Notes under the pieces: model-generated
Databases searched by the model: none
Seen by the model: only the letters and a program-made list of their open reading frames with translations
Told to the model about the DNA's origin: nothing
Part shown: positions 35,603 to 44,437 of the stretch, piece after piece
How positions within the stretch are numbered: the first letter of the stretch is position 1
How the letters are laid out: each line of letters begins with the position of its first letter
From: a virus
Direction: 5' to 3' (one strand)
Length of the DNA stretch: 64,000 bases
Virus record (IMG/VR): IMGVR_UViG_3300045119_000180
Location: 32,001-96,000 of that record
Made by a program: the position numbers and the translations under genes

Positions 35603-35946
35603 GACGGATGACCGACAAAAAGCTTTACGACTTCTTTAAAATGTATAACATTAAGTTCTTTGGCGGTCGGATAGAGCTATTAGAGGAAAATGTCTATTTT
35701 ACAGGAAGTAAGGAAATGGCTGGTTCGGACGGCCATTATAAAATAGATGAAAAAGAGTTGGTAATCGACGAAGCGTTGATAGATCATCAAAACCTAGTAT
35801 TAATAGTATTGCTTCACGAAATGGTTCACGCGGATCTATATCAGACTGGCTATCTAGGCTATGAAGAAGATGGCGGCCATCACGTCCGGTTTTATGCAGG
35901 ATTAGACAAACTGTACCAACAAGGTGCTTATGAGCCGCTTCTTTAA
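35599..35946 (+). CDS. SprT-like zinc metallopeptidase
   Basis: YNIKFFGG, LLHEMVH, H..RF. Confidence 0.75.
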   Translation: MRRMTDKKLYDFFKMYNIKFFGGRIELLEENVYFTGSKEMAGSDGHYKIDEKELVIDEALIDHQNLVLIVLLHEMVHADLYQTGYLGYEEDGGHHVRFYAGLDKLYQQGAYEPLL

Positions 35947-36087
35947 TACAATAGGCTGTTTTCTTTTAGGCCATAAAGATAGTCCGTTAGACACAATGAT
36001 GATCCGCTTTCCGGATATGACAGGAGAGTTTCATTACAGCTGGAAGTGTAAACGGTGCCGTAGAGTTCGTTGGTATGAGAGGTAAAC

Positions 36088-36555
36088 GTGGCTGATCCTA
36101 ATATTTCTATCCGCAAAACCCTCGTGAACGAAGGAGGATATAGTGATAATTCGGCCGACCATGGCGGACCTACAAATTTTGGTATTGCGAGTGCGAGCCA
36201 CCCTGGCTTGGATATTAAGAATTTAACTGAAGAACAAGCTATTCAGATTTATAAAGAACAGTACTGGAAGGTTTATTATAGCCAGATCGATAGCCAGGAT
36301 CTGGCAGATAAAATTTTTGACGTCGGTGTTCTGTTCGGCGTCGGCCGTGCAGTCAAATTCCTGCAGTTCGTTTTGGGAGTTTCGGTTGACGGCGCATTCG
36401 GCCCTAATACGTTAGCCGAGCTGAACTCATCGGATGCTAATAAAGTGCTATCAGACTATAAGGTAACTCTAGTTGAACACGCTATGCAAATTGGGGCTAA
36501 CGATCCGACGCAACGCCAGTTCGTAAGTGGTTGGGTCAGAAGGATCAATTCGTGA
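36088..36555 (+). CDS. endolysin, glycoside hydrolase family 108 with PG-binding domain
   Basis: EGGYS....D.GGPTNFGI, YW, DG.FGP.T, F..GW..R. Confidence 0.92.
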   Translation: MADPNISIRKTLVNEGGYSDNSADHGGPTNFGIASASHPGLDIKNLTEEQAIQIYKEQYWKVYYSQIDSQDLADKIFDVGVLFGVGRAVKFLQFVLGVSVDGAFGPNTLAELNSSDANKVLSDYKVTLVEHAMQIGANDPTQRQFVSGWVRRINS

Positions 36556-36686
36556 ATAAACTCCGGTGGTCAGTCGCCGTAGCTGTCAGCCTTTTGCTAT
36601 TGTGGTTCTGTTTCGACGCTACCCGGACGGTATTGACAATGCTGTTTCCTAAGCAGGCTACGATGAAAGGAATTTACCTCAAATGA
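36552..36686 (+). CDS. small TM protein after the endolysin (holin/spanin candidate)
   Basis: GTGA-coupled ORF MNKLRWSVAVAVSLLLLWFC... Confidence 0.4.
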   Translation: MNKLRWSVAVAVSLLLLWFCFDATRTVLTMLFPKQATMKGIYLK

Positions 36687-36985
36687 TGGAAAACGTCGCG
36701 TTGTGGGTGATTGTCCTGCAGGGGTTTTTCGTTATGTTTTATGAATACGACGTCTGGAGAATGAACAAGCATAGATTCGAAGAGAGAGCTTTGTGGCGAG
36801 AACAGAAGCGCAAATCAGCGGTTAAGAAGCAAGAGGCCAAAAGTGAACCAGCAGGAAGTTGAAAAAATATTTTACCGTAACAATATCATCCGGACGACCT
36901 GTTCAGTAATTAGCACGATGTGTTCAATAGTCGGGTGTATAGCAACGCTGGTAACTTTATGGCGGGTGTTTCACATCGCTGTTAA

Positions 36986-37228
36986 ATGATCTATCTAACC
37001 ATAAAGAACAAAGGTAAGCGGATTTACGTCGTAGAGACGAAGGCCGCGCCCAGGAAGAAAAAAGAAAAGAAAGCTAAACCAAAGTTCGAAGTAAATGTCC
37101 CAGTATTCGTTCCACCGGTTCATCCCGGTCCGTGGTGCAGAATCTGTCACGATCCGGTGTACTTTTACGAATACGAAGATATTTGTTTATATTGCGAAAG
37201 GGAAAATGGAACTGATAGAATATCTTAA
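36986..37228 (+). CDS. small basic Zn-finger protein
   Basis: CRIC...CLYC. Confidence 0.5.
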   Translation: MIYLTIKNKGKRIYVVETKAAPRKKKEKKAKPKFEVNVPVFVPPVHPGPWCRICHDPVYFYEYEDICLYCERENGTDRIS

Positions 37229-37391
37229 AGCTAGACGGCAGGTTGAACAGGCTGATCCGGCTTTAGTCAAAGAGGCCGAAAGATTGGCTTTAATAGTAAA
37301 GCAGCGTGGTCTGCCAGCGGTCGATTTGATGTGGCAAGAGCTGTTTAAATTAGCTGAAGAGCCGCAGAAGGAGCTGTTTAATATCTTATGA
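37206..37391 (+). CDS. hypothetical protein
   Basis: AAGGG SD before ATG 37206. Confidence 0.5.
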   Translation: MELIEYLKARRQVEQADPALVKEAERLALIVKQRGLPAVDLMWQELFKLAEEPQKELFNIL

Positions 37392-37518
37392 AACTGTATC
37401 AAGCATTGCTTCTGTTCGGATTATCGGCGTTGGTCATCGGCGCAGTACTCCAGACTGCCATTCCCGATCCGCCTAAAGGTATGTCGTTCGGTATAGGGCT
37501 AAGCGCAGCATTATTAGC

Positions 37519-37809
37519 GTGGAAAGTGACGAAAAAGTGTTAAAAATTAAAAAGAATGAGTTAATTAAAGTTATCCAGGATCTTCAAAAAGAACTCCGTC
37601 CGCTTTTAAATGATGGGCGTCGGTGGGGTTGGTGTCCTAATGACAAGCCGTGGCTGGAAAATCTGGCTTATGTCCAAGCGGACGCTTTCGTAGCTGAATT
37701 GAATGGCCATCAGCATTGTTGGCAAAAGGGCCATTACAGTTGTCTTATGTGCTGTGAATGCCAACCTTTTTACGGCAAGGGATTAGCGGAGGCGATTAAA
37801 AATGGCTAA
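37519..37809 (+). CDS. hypothetical protein
   Basis: ORF track. Confidence 0.5.
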   Translation: MESDEKVLKIKKNELIKVIQDLQKELRPLLNDGRRWGWCPNDKPWLENLAYVQADAFVAELNGHQHCWQKGHYSCLMCCECQPFYGKGLAEAIKNG

Positions 37810-37929
37810 CGATAAGAAAGATAAAAAACCGAATTGGGATCGAAAGAATAGCCGATCCGCCGAATTGCATAAAGACAAGAAGAAGGCCGAAAATGCTAGC
37901 CGGCCGAAGCAGACGTTCGTTAATGGCCG

Positions 37930-38238
37930 GTGGGAACGCGGATGAACGACGCCCGGAGACGTCGGCTTAAGCTACAAGAGCGTATTAAAAGCCAAAAGCC
38001 GAAGGCTATGACGCACGAGCGTCTGGCCGAATTGATGGAGCAGCATTTTAATCCCAAGGCCAGAGTGTTCGTCTTTTTGGACAACAGCGAAGTAATGATA
38101 GCTGACGCGCCGGTAGCAGATATCACCAGGACGGTCCAGCGGTCAGCTAATCAAGGTTTATGGTTTACCGACGGCTATTGCATGACGTTCGTGCCGCCAC
38201 ACGAGATTAGACGAATAGGCATATTTAAAAAGGATTAA
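37930..38238 (+). CDS. hypothetical protein
   Basis: ORF track. Confidence 0.55.
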   Translation: MGTRMNDARRRRLKLQERIKSQKPKAMTHERLAELMEQHFNPKARVFVFLDNSEVMIADAPVADITRTVQRSANQGLWFTDGYCMTFVPPHEIRRIGIFKKD

Positions 38239-38892
38239 CGCTAACGCCCCAGCCAACAACATCATTATTGATGGCTCTGGTGTTTGTATTAGATCCTTAC
38301 GATTATCTCTATCGAAGAAGTTTACCGCGCCGGCGTCAAACTCGTAAATGCCCGGATATAGTCCAGTAAACTCAAACGATAAAACACTACTAATGTCTAA
38401 ATCTCGATCATGGTCACGGTCATGTTTGAATTGATTGATGTATTCAATTCCAGCTTCGTAAAAGTAGCCGAAACCACCCGGTCGATTAAGCTCTAGATAC
38501 ACCACACTGAATGCACATCTAAAGCAGTTAGACATGGATATGCTGAAAGGGATGCCTATATTAAGAACCCCTTCGTCTATAAAGGCTCCTCCGGTCGATA
38601 TCAAACCAGGAGTGACAACATTGCTGGTTATAGGTCCGCCAAATGTCTCGACAATTCTAGGCACGACACTTGGGTTTCCAAACCACTGAACTTGACTGTA
38701 AAGGTTGATACCGTCAGCTTTTACCAAACCCGCTAGTAATAAAGTTAACACTACGGCGAGTTTAGCTTTTTGACAAACAAAGCTGATCGATTTCTTCAGT
38801 TCGTAAAGGAAGTTGACGTGCTGTTCTAGTTTGGTTTTGTTTTTGACCTCCTGTTCAAGTTTCGCGATTTCTTCAGATAGGGTTTTCATCAT
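38158..38892 (-). CDS. PEP-CTERM exosortase-target protein with N-terminal coiled coil and internal signal sequence
   Basis: LAVVLTLLLAGLVKA-DG signal; C-terminal TPEPSIMMLLAGALALILFK; AAGGAGG SD. Confidence 0.75.
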   Translation of the reverse strand: MMKTLSEEIAKLEQEVKNKTKLEQHVNFLYELKKSISFVCQKAKLAVVLTLLLAGLVKADGINLYSQVQWFGNPSVVPRIVETFGGPITSNVVTPGLISTGGAFIDEGVLNIGIPFSISMSNCFRCAFSVVYLELNRPGGFGYFYEAGIEYINQFKHDRDHDRDLDISSVLSFEFTGLYPGIYEFDAGAVNFFDRDNRKDLIQTPEPSIMMLLAGALALILFKYAYSSNLVWRHERHAIAVGKP

Positions 38893-39033
38893 GCCTCCTT
38901 GTATAAGATACCGCCGGTCCGTCTGAAGTTATGTTCAATATAGAACACAATGCGATTTTGTCTATACAATAAAATCTGTAGGGTATAAGAAGGCAAGTCT
39001 AAAAAGAGTTACGTTGCTTGGTATTCCGAGCAG

Positions 39034-39189
39034 TCAATCTTTTTTATATATCAACTTAATCGATTTTTCTAGCTCTTTTAAGAAGCAGATGTGCCTTTCC
39101 AGATGTTCTTTATGGTCGGTTAGCTTTTTGATCTCTTGCTCTAGCTCCTCGATCTGTCTGGCTAATAGTGTAATTTTTTCCGGTAACAT
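39034..39189 (-). CDS. 51-aa coiled-coil protein, paralog of the PEP-CTERM protein N-terminus
   Basis: Hand translation MLPEKITLLARQIEELEQEIKKLTDHKEHLERHICFLKELEKSIKLIYKKD. Confidence 0.65.
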   Translation of the reverse strand: MLPEKITLLARQIEELEQEIKKLTDHKEHLERHICFLKELEKSIKLIYKKD

Positions 39190-39312
39190 CCCTGACCCTC
39201 CGCTACTATCGGTTGCTTACGATTGGATCGTTATCTCACATACACCCTACAAAGTCAAATACCGCCAATAGGGTATTTTTAGTCACTTATTGGACACACC
39301 AGAAAAAAAGTC

Positions 39313-39341
39313 TTGACAAGAATTTAACAATTCGATATAAA
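39313..39341 (+). promoter_or_regulatory. sigma70 promoter
   Basis: TTGACA-17-TATAAA. Confidence 0.7.
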
Positions 39342-39385
39342 GATTATGTTAGATCCCTCCTAACAGAAAAGGATAGGTATAGTTT

Positions 39386-39769
39386 ATGAAGTCTAAAGAA
39401 CAAAAAGGGCCTCAGGGACCGCAGGTTCGCATTATTTCTAAATCCCAAATGCCCCCTTCTTTGGGGCGTGGTCGTCATTCAGAAGCTATGATTATCACGA
39501 TGCCTTTTTGGTTAGATCTGGTAGAGAAGTTAAAGGAAGGGTTGAATCGGTCAGAAGCAGCGATAGTGGATTTCGGTGAACCTTTAATTGTAGACGGTAA
39601 GGAAATACTAATGGTTGGCGATAAAAAAGTCGAGAAGAAACAATTAGCAGCTCGTATTCGGTATCAATTCAGTAAGGCAGGATTCAATAAGAAGTATACC
39701 CTTCTCGTACCGGGGACAGGCGGCAGCCTGTTTGTGGTGGATAACGAGACGGCGGCCATGACACAATAG
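39386..39769 (+). CDS. hypothetical protein (possible lysogeny regulator)
   Basis: Own promoter, located before the integrases. Confidence 0.6.
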   Translation: MKSKEQKGPQGPQVRIISKSQMPPSLGRGRHSEAMIITMPFWLDLVEKLKEGLNRSEAAIVDFGEPLIVDGKEILMVGDKKVEKKQLAARIRYQFSKAGFNKKYTLLVPGTGGSLFVVDNETAAMTQ

Positions 39770-39799
39770 GCTCAGGGCCATTAATAAAGGACCAAAGGA

Positions 39800-40033
39800 A
39801 TGGTTACCCAGATCAGGGCCTCTTCGGAGGCCCGGAACCTCGAAGTTGAAGTGGTTACGATGGCGTTAGCAGAAGTGGTTTTAAACGGAGACGTAAGTCT
39901 AGAAAGCGTGATGTCGGGTATCCAAGCTTTTCTTATGGCGTTGGTAGCTTCTGGCCAGGCGGACGCCGGCCCAGTTGGTTGCCATTTACACGAGATGGCT
40001 CCATTCTTCGAAAGCATGAAAAATAAAGCTTGA
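39800..40033 (+). CDS. hypothetical protein
   Basis: ORF track. Confidence 0.45.
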   Translation: MVTQIRASSEARNLEVEVVTMALAEVVLNGDVSLESVMSGIQAFLMALVASGQADAGPVGCHLHEMAPFFESMKNKA

Positions 40034-40057
40034 CAAACCGATGTTCATTGCTATAAT
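40030..40057 (+). promoter_or_regulatory. consensus sigma70 promoter (likely leaderless integrase transcript)
   Basis: TTGACA-16-TATAAT with TG; ATG 6 nt downstream. Confidence 0.75.
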
Positions 40058-40063
40058 GAAGCT

Positions 40064-40990
40064 ATGAACATCAAACAGCAGTCTGAAATTTACATACGTC
40101 TTTTGACTAGTCGGAAGCGTAATCCGGCTAAACCTTCAACTCTTAATAGCTATAATTGCTATTTAAGACGGTGGATCGTGCCAGAAATAGGTTCTATTGA
40201 TTTAATAGACTACGAAAATGGCGCGATGAAAGACTTTATAGTTAAACTGGATGAAGCCGGACTGTCCCCGGCTACCATTGCAGGTATTCAGAATTGTGTT
40301 AAGGGTATTGTTTCCAGTGCAGTAGACGAAAACGGTAATGAAATTTATGCTAGAAAATGGAATACTGAGTTCATTGATGCTCCGCCGGTTGTAGCAAAAG
40401 ATCAAAAAGCACCTACAATAACGTCACAAAAGCTCCAGGAAGCGATATCTAAAGCCGAGGCTCCGTTCGGTCAACTGTTGGCTTTTCTAGCCGGATCGGG
40501 GCTGAGAGTGGGCGAGATGCAGGCTTTAAAGGTAGGTCCACAGGTTAAATCAAGTTATTGGGATCCCGATGAAAGTAAGCTGGTCGTCCGGATGACGATT
40601 TACCGCGGTAAAGAGCAAACGACCAAAACGCCAGCTGGCAACCGGGAAGTGGATATCTGCAGCACATTGAACGACCTGCTGAAGGGGTTAAACCGTAAAG
40701 ACGGCGAATGGTTGTTCCACGGCCGTACAAATGGCGTTATCAGGCCGATGACGGTATACGAAAAGGCGAAACAACTGGAGATTCCGCCTGTTCATAGCCT
40801 TCGAAGGTTCCGATTGACGTATCTTGAGAATTCCGGGGCGCCTATGAGTCTGGTTAAGTTCTGGGCCGGCCATGCAACAGGGGATATCACGGAGCGGTAT
40901 ATCAAGTCGCGGGAGAATATCCAACTGAGAAAAGATTGGGTTGAGAAGATAGGATTAGGATTCAACTTAAAAGGAGAACAAAATGACTAG
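40064..40990 (+). CDS. tyrosine recombinase/integrase (short, lacks the N-terminal extension)
   Basis: GLRVGE, TKT, HSLRR, GH, ERY catalytic residues. Confidence 0.9.
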   Translation: MNIKQQSEIYIRLLTSRKRNPAKPSTLNSYNCYLRRWIVPEIGSIDLIDYENGAMKDFIVKLDEAGLSPATIAGIQNCVKGIVSSAVDENGNEIYARKWNTEFIDAPPVVAKDQKAPTITSQKLQEAISKAEAPFGQLLAFLAGSGLRVGEMQALKVGPQVKSSYWDPDESKLVVRMTIYRGKEQTTKTPAGNREVDICSTLNDLLKGLNRKDGEWLFHGRTNGVIRPMTVYEKAKQLEIPPVHSLRRFRLTYLENSGAPMSLVKFWAGHATGDITERYIKSRENIQLRKDWVEKIGLGFNLKGEQND

Positions 40991-41171
40991 TAAAGAAATA
41001 CGTGAGTTGCCTACATCTCTAACGGGGGAGTACGGCGAAGGTCAGCTTGACGCTACGCAAAATAGAAAGGTAGAACTTATGTTGTTGCAAGAGATAGCCG
41101 CCCAACTGGCCGAGGCTAACGAATTACGGCGTAGCTCGGCAGATGCAGTGGGAAGGACTGGGCCGCGATGA
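40983..41171 (+). CDS. hypothetical protein
   Basis: AAGGAG SD. Confidence 0.55.
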   Translation: MTSKEIRELPTSLTGEYGEGQLDATQNRKVELMLLQEIAAQLAEANELRRSSADAVGRTGPR

Positions 41172-41350
41172 GTAGGCCAAGTAGGCCAATTGAAGGCCAT
41201 ATCCGAGACTTAAGTGATTGCAAATCCTCGAGTTATGTGTTCTTAAGTCTCGATATGGCGGAAGCACGGGAAACTGTCTGACCGAATAACTAGTTTCTTT
41301 TCTGTATCTAAGCGGACTTTCGTAGTCCGATGAGTTGGCCAGGTTGGCCA
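41166..41350. other. putative attP (arm-type direct repeats flanking an inverted repeat and a tRNA-3'-end-like segment)
   Basis: 23-bp imperfect direct repeat 41166-41188/41328-41350; 18-bp inverted repeat 41196-41214/41242-41259; at the 3' end of the integrase. Confidence 0.55.
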
Positions 41351-42558
41351 GGTAAAGTAAATCCCATACCAAGCCGTTCAGCCCACTCAAGCCTTATTGG
41401 TCGATCATTCAAAAGATGCACATACGTCTCGGAGATGTGCGTCTGCGCGTGCCCGGACCAGAAGTGCTGGAGCGACTTTGGTACGGGGGACAGGTCAATG
41501 TGCTTCATCCGGAACCGGCGGAAGATGTTAAAGCCGCCGATCGGTAGGTTCAACTGTTTCAGTACCGGGTGCAGGTGGTCGTTGAGAAGGTTCGCCTGAC
41601 TCAGTTGTGTCCCTTTCGTGTTCTGGAACAACAGGCCAGATGCCCTCGAGCCAACGTGGTTGCGTAGCATGTCTGCGAGTTCCGTGCACAGGTCTACTTC
41701 CCTTTCACCGTTCTTGGTTTTGAGGTACGGCTGGATAACACCTCGTTTGGCTTTCTGGTTGATGACGAGGGTTCTGAAGTCACCCGATATGTGACGAATT
41801 TCGAGTCCAAGAGCCTCTCCAACTCTAAGAGGTCCGCATCCGGCAAGGAGCGCATATAAGACTCCAATCTGGCCTGGGCTATTTCGGATAATTGCCGAGA
41901 TTCCTTCGGCGTCAACTGTAGGTTGATTTTGGTCTTTGACGATTGGCGCATCGATATATTCCTCTTTCCACTTTCTTGGGAATAGTTCTTCACCGTTGTC
42001 GTCGATCGCAGATGCAACGACGAGTTTGGCGATAAGCGTATAGTCGCGGATTGAAGACGCGGCAAGGTTGGCGCCGACGAAGTATTCAACCAATTCCTTC
42101 ATCGTACGGTTGGAGATAGCAGAGAGCAGTTCGGGGCCAATTCGGGGGTAGAGCCACTTGTCAAGTGTGTAGCGGCGGTTAGATATGGTTGTAGCTTCAA
42201 GCGGGTTGCGTTTGCGATTGGCCAACAACTTTAGCCATTGTTCGCCTTGCTGCTGGAAGGTGACATTAGACGTCGATTCGATGAAGGTTTGGTTAGAGTT
42301 GATACCGAGAGTTTCGAGCCGCTGACTAGCAGCCCTAGTTGCGATCGTCCTGGTCCGGCAGGGTCCGAGAGATACAACTTCCCGCCGGCGGGATCCGTTC
42401 GCGTCTCGCCAAAATTGCAGATATGCTGGTGCGATTGGATCCCAGATGTCCGTAATCCTACGTCCTTTCTGAAATACATAACCCTTTTGGTAAGAACGCC
42501 TTGCCAAAGAAGGCCCTCGCTTTCTGCGAGGAATTGCAATCGCGGACAACTCTATCAT
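41308..42558 (-). CDS. int: tyrosine integrase (full length)
   Basis: RRSYQKG N-terminal domain, PLRVGE, KTKNG, FRR, GH, ETY. Confidence 0.9.
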   Translation of the reverse strand: MIELSAIAIPRRKRGPSLARRSYQKGYVFQKGRRITDIWDPIAPAYLQFWRDANGSRRREVVSLGPCRTRTIATRAASQRLETLGINSNQTFIESTSNVTFQQQGEQWLKLLANRKRNPLEATTISNRRYTLDKWLYPRIGPELLSAISNRTMKELVEYFVGANLAASSIRDYTLIAKLVVASAIDDNGEELFPRKWKEEYIDAPIVKDQNQPTVDAEGISAIIRNSPGQIGVLYALLAGCGPLRVGEALGLEIRHISGDFRTLVINQKAKRGVIQPYLKTKNGEREVDLCTELADMLRNHVGSRASGLLFQNTKGTQLSQANLLNDHLHPVLKQLNLPIGGFNIFRRFRMKHIDLSPVPKSLQHFWSGHAQTHISETYVHLLNDRPIRLEWAERLGMGFTLPGQPGQLIGLRKSA

Positions 42559-42842
42559 AAAGCTCTTTTCGCGGCCTTCTTTAATTTTGCGGCTAGTTGA
42601 TCTTCAGCTTTATCGCCAGGCGTCCTTAAAATTTCTTCTTTCGCTGCGATAGGAACGGAAGTCTTTTCATGCGTTGTTTCGTAACAAAGTACGCAAACGA
42701 CGTAATACGGCGTTTCGGTTTCTAACCTATGGCATCCGGCGATACATTCAGGATGAGGGTTGAGCTTTATAACGTCGTAACACTCTTTCGTTACGTGTCT
42801 AAACGCCGGCCCGCGTACTTCCAATCTAACGCAAACGCACAT
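42555..42842 (-). CDS. Cys-rich hypothetical protein
   Basis: ORF track; ATGA coupling with int. Confidence 0.5.
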   Translation of the reverse strand: MCVCVRLEVRGPAFRHVTKECYDVIKLNPHPECIAGCHRLETETPYYVVCVLCYETTHEKTSVPIAAKEEILRTPGDKAEDQLAAKLKKAAKRAL

Positions 42843-42850
42843 ACGCCCCC

Positions 42851-43105
42851 TTAAATGCTTTTTCGAATAAGATCAAGAACAGAAGCATTAGGATCTTCTG
42901 AAACCATACTGCTGTGAAGTTGAACCAGACCAGATAGGAAGCTATTGCCGAAAGTAGTTTTTTGTTCGACGTTTTTTAAAATTTCTTTAGGAGAATAAGA
43001 TACTCCTGATACGGAGATAATCGCTAATTCACGATTAGCGGAGGGTATAGATTCAACCCACTCTTTAATAGTTTTAATGATCTCTTTATCGAAATCCTGA
43101 CTCAT
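42851..43105 (-). CDS. hypothetical protein
   Basis: AAGGA SD. Confidence 0.6.
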   Translation of the reverse strand: MSQDFDKEIIKTIKEWVESIPSANRELAIISVSGVSYSPKEILKNVEQKTTFGNSFLSGLVQLHSSMVSEDPNASVLDLIRKSI

Positions 43106-43178
43106 AGAAAATCCTTCATACGTTTTTGAGCCCTTGAATGACCATCTGCACCGAGAAACATCTGAATTGTTACGTTGT

Positions 43179-43562
43179 CTAATTTTTTAAAAACCAACCC
43201 TGCTTAAGATGACTTTCGCCGATAGATACTTTTAAACTTCTAACCCGTGATTTAGGACTATTAAATCCACTCGGGTCGTGAAAATGTTGAATATGTCCGT
43301 AAATGGCATAATCTAACAGGCGACTATTCTGCCGGCATACGGTTACTTGACAATCAGAACAGGTCCATTGGCTGTCGAATATTTCTTCTATCGTTGGAAT
43401 TGTCGGCGTTCTAGGATGTTCTTTATCGTACTTTTCTTCACGGTCGTAGAACTCCGCTAGCCAACGCCAAAAACGTTCTTCTTTTGCAGTATTCTGTATT
43501 CGGTATTCAAGACCGCTCAAAAGTTTCATAGTCGGATGTATACCTACCGTGGGGGTCGACAT
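43179..43562 (-). CDS. hypothetical protein with C2H2-like motif
   Basis: CSDC...H...H; true start uncertain. Confidence 0.5.
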   Translation of the reverse strand: MSTPTVGIHPTMKLLSGLEYRIQNTAKEERFWRWLAEFYDREEKYDKEHPRTPTIPTIEEIFDSQWTCSDCQVTVCRQNSRLLDYAIYGHIQHFHDPSGFNSPKSRVRSLKVSIGESHLKQGWFLKN

Positions 43563-44289
43563 TAGCTAAAACCTTTCTAAGATCTCTGATCCGATCTTCT
43601 ATTGTATCGCCTTTCGCTCTCCATTCTTCTGTCGTGCCGTACATACGGAAGCCTTGATGCGCTACTACCGGTTCGTCCGGATACTTGACCAACAGCCCTG
43701 AAGCCATCTGAACCCGCTGGATTAAACCGTCGTCCAACTCGCCAAATCGTTCGTTTGGACCAAAGAACCTGTCCATATAGCCTTTTCTGTCAAGAAAGAA
43801 CTTGTCGTTGATGTGCGGTATGACAAGTCGTAGCTTGTCGCGGTGGAAACAACTGCCGGGGTTGGAGTAGAAGTTACGACGCCAGTGTTTGAGTTTTCGT
43901 CCGCACGTTGCAAAATATTCTCCGGTTTCCTGTGCTTCGAAATGCCATTCGAAATAATTTGGTCGGACAAAAATGTCTTCCTCAACTAGAAAAATAAACT
44001 CCGCGCCTGTTTGGTATCCTTGCCGCAACGACTGCAGTATGTTCCACGCGCCGGAAGGAACATCCGGTCGCTCTCTAGTGCGGAACACTTCTGCAGTCGG
44101 GAAGTAGTTATCGCGTACCCAGCACGTGGCTTCCATCCGTTCGTCTGGAGAGACGTCGAGAAAGATCCTGACGTCGATATTGGAATGATCGGCATGTTTA
44201 GCGTTTCGTAGCTTCTCGAGGGCCAATGCCAGCATTTCTATTCTTGAGCAGCAAGGTATCACGATAGTACTGCGAGGGATCGAAATCAT
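43507..44289 (-). CDS. GT-A fold glycosyltransferase
   Basis: IVIPCCSR, IFLD, FLVEEDIFV, ELDD, HQG. Confidence 0.75.
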   Translation of the reverse strand: MISIPRSTIVIPCCSRIEMLALALEKLRNAKHADHSNIDVRIFLDVSPDERMEATCWVRDNYFPTAEVFRTRERPDVPSGAWNILQSLRQGYQTGAEFIFLVEEDIFVRPNYFEWHFEAQETGEYFATCGRKLKHWRRNFYSNPGSCFHRDKLRLVIPHINDKFFLDRKGYMDRFFGPNERFGELDDGLIQRVQMASGLLVKYPDEPVVAHQGFRMYGTTEEWRAKGDTIEDRIRDLRKVLANVDPHGRYTSDYETFERS

Positions 44290-44392
44290 CGAATGCCTCC
44301 GCCCACTTCTTGTCTGACACCTTTTCTACTGGACCGAACGTAGCTTTAACCCCGCCTGAAGCTAATTTATCACCGCCATTGAGCCTTGCCAT
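44198..44392 (-). CDS. hypothetical protein
   Basis: AAGGAG SD before ATG 44392. Confidence 0.5.
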   Translation of the reverse strand: MARLNGGDKLASGGVKATFGPVEKVSDKKWAEAFDDFDPSQYYRDTLLLKNRNAGIGPREATKR

Positions 44393-44437
44393 TGTATCTC
44401 CTTGCCGATATTGTACCGCTGGTGAAACCATTGTCAA

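Noticed and set aside
44198-44392. Frameshifted N-terminus of the GT at 43507-44289
   Set aside because: The GT has its own GGAGG SD and ATG and a complete first beta-strand; a simple overlap explains it
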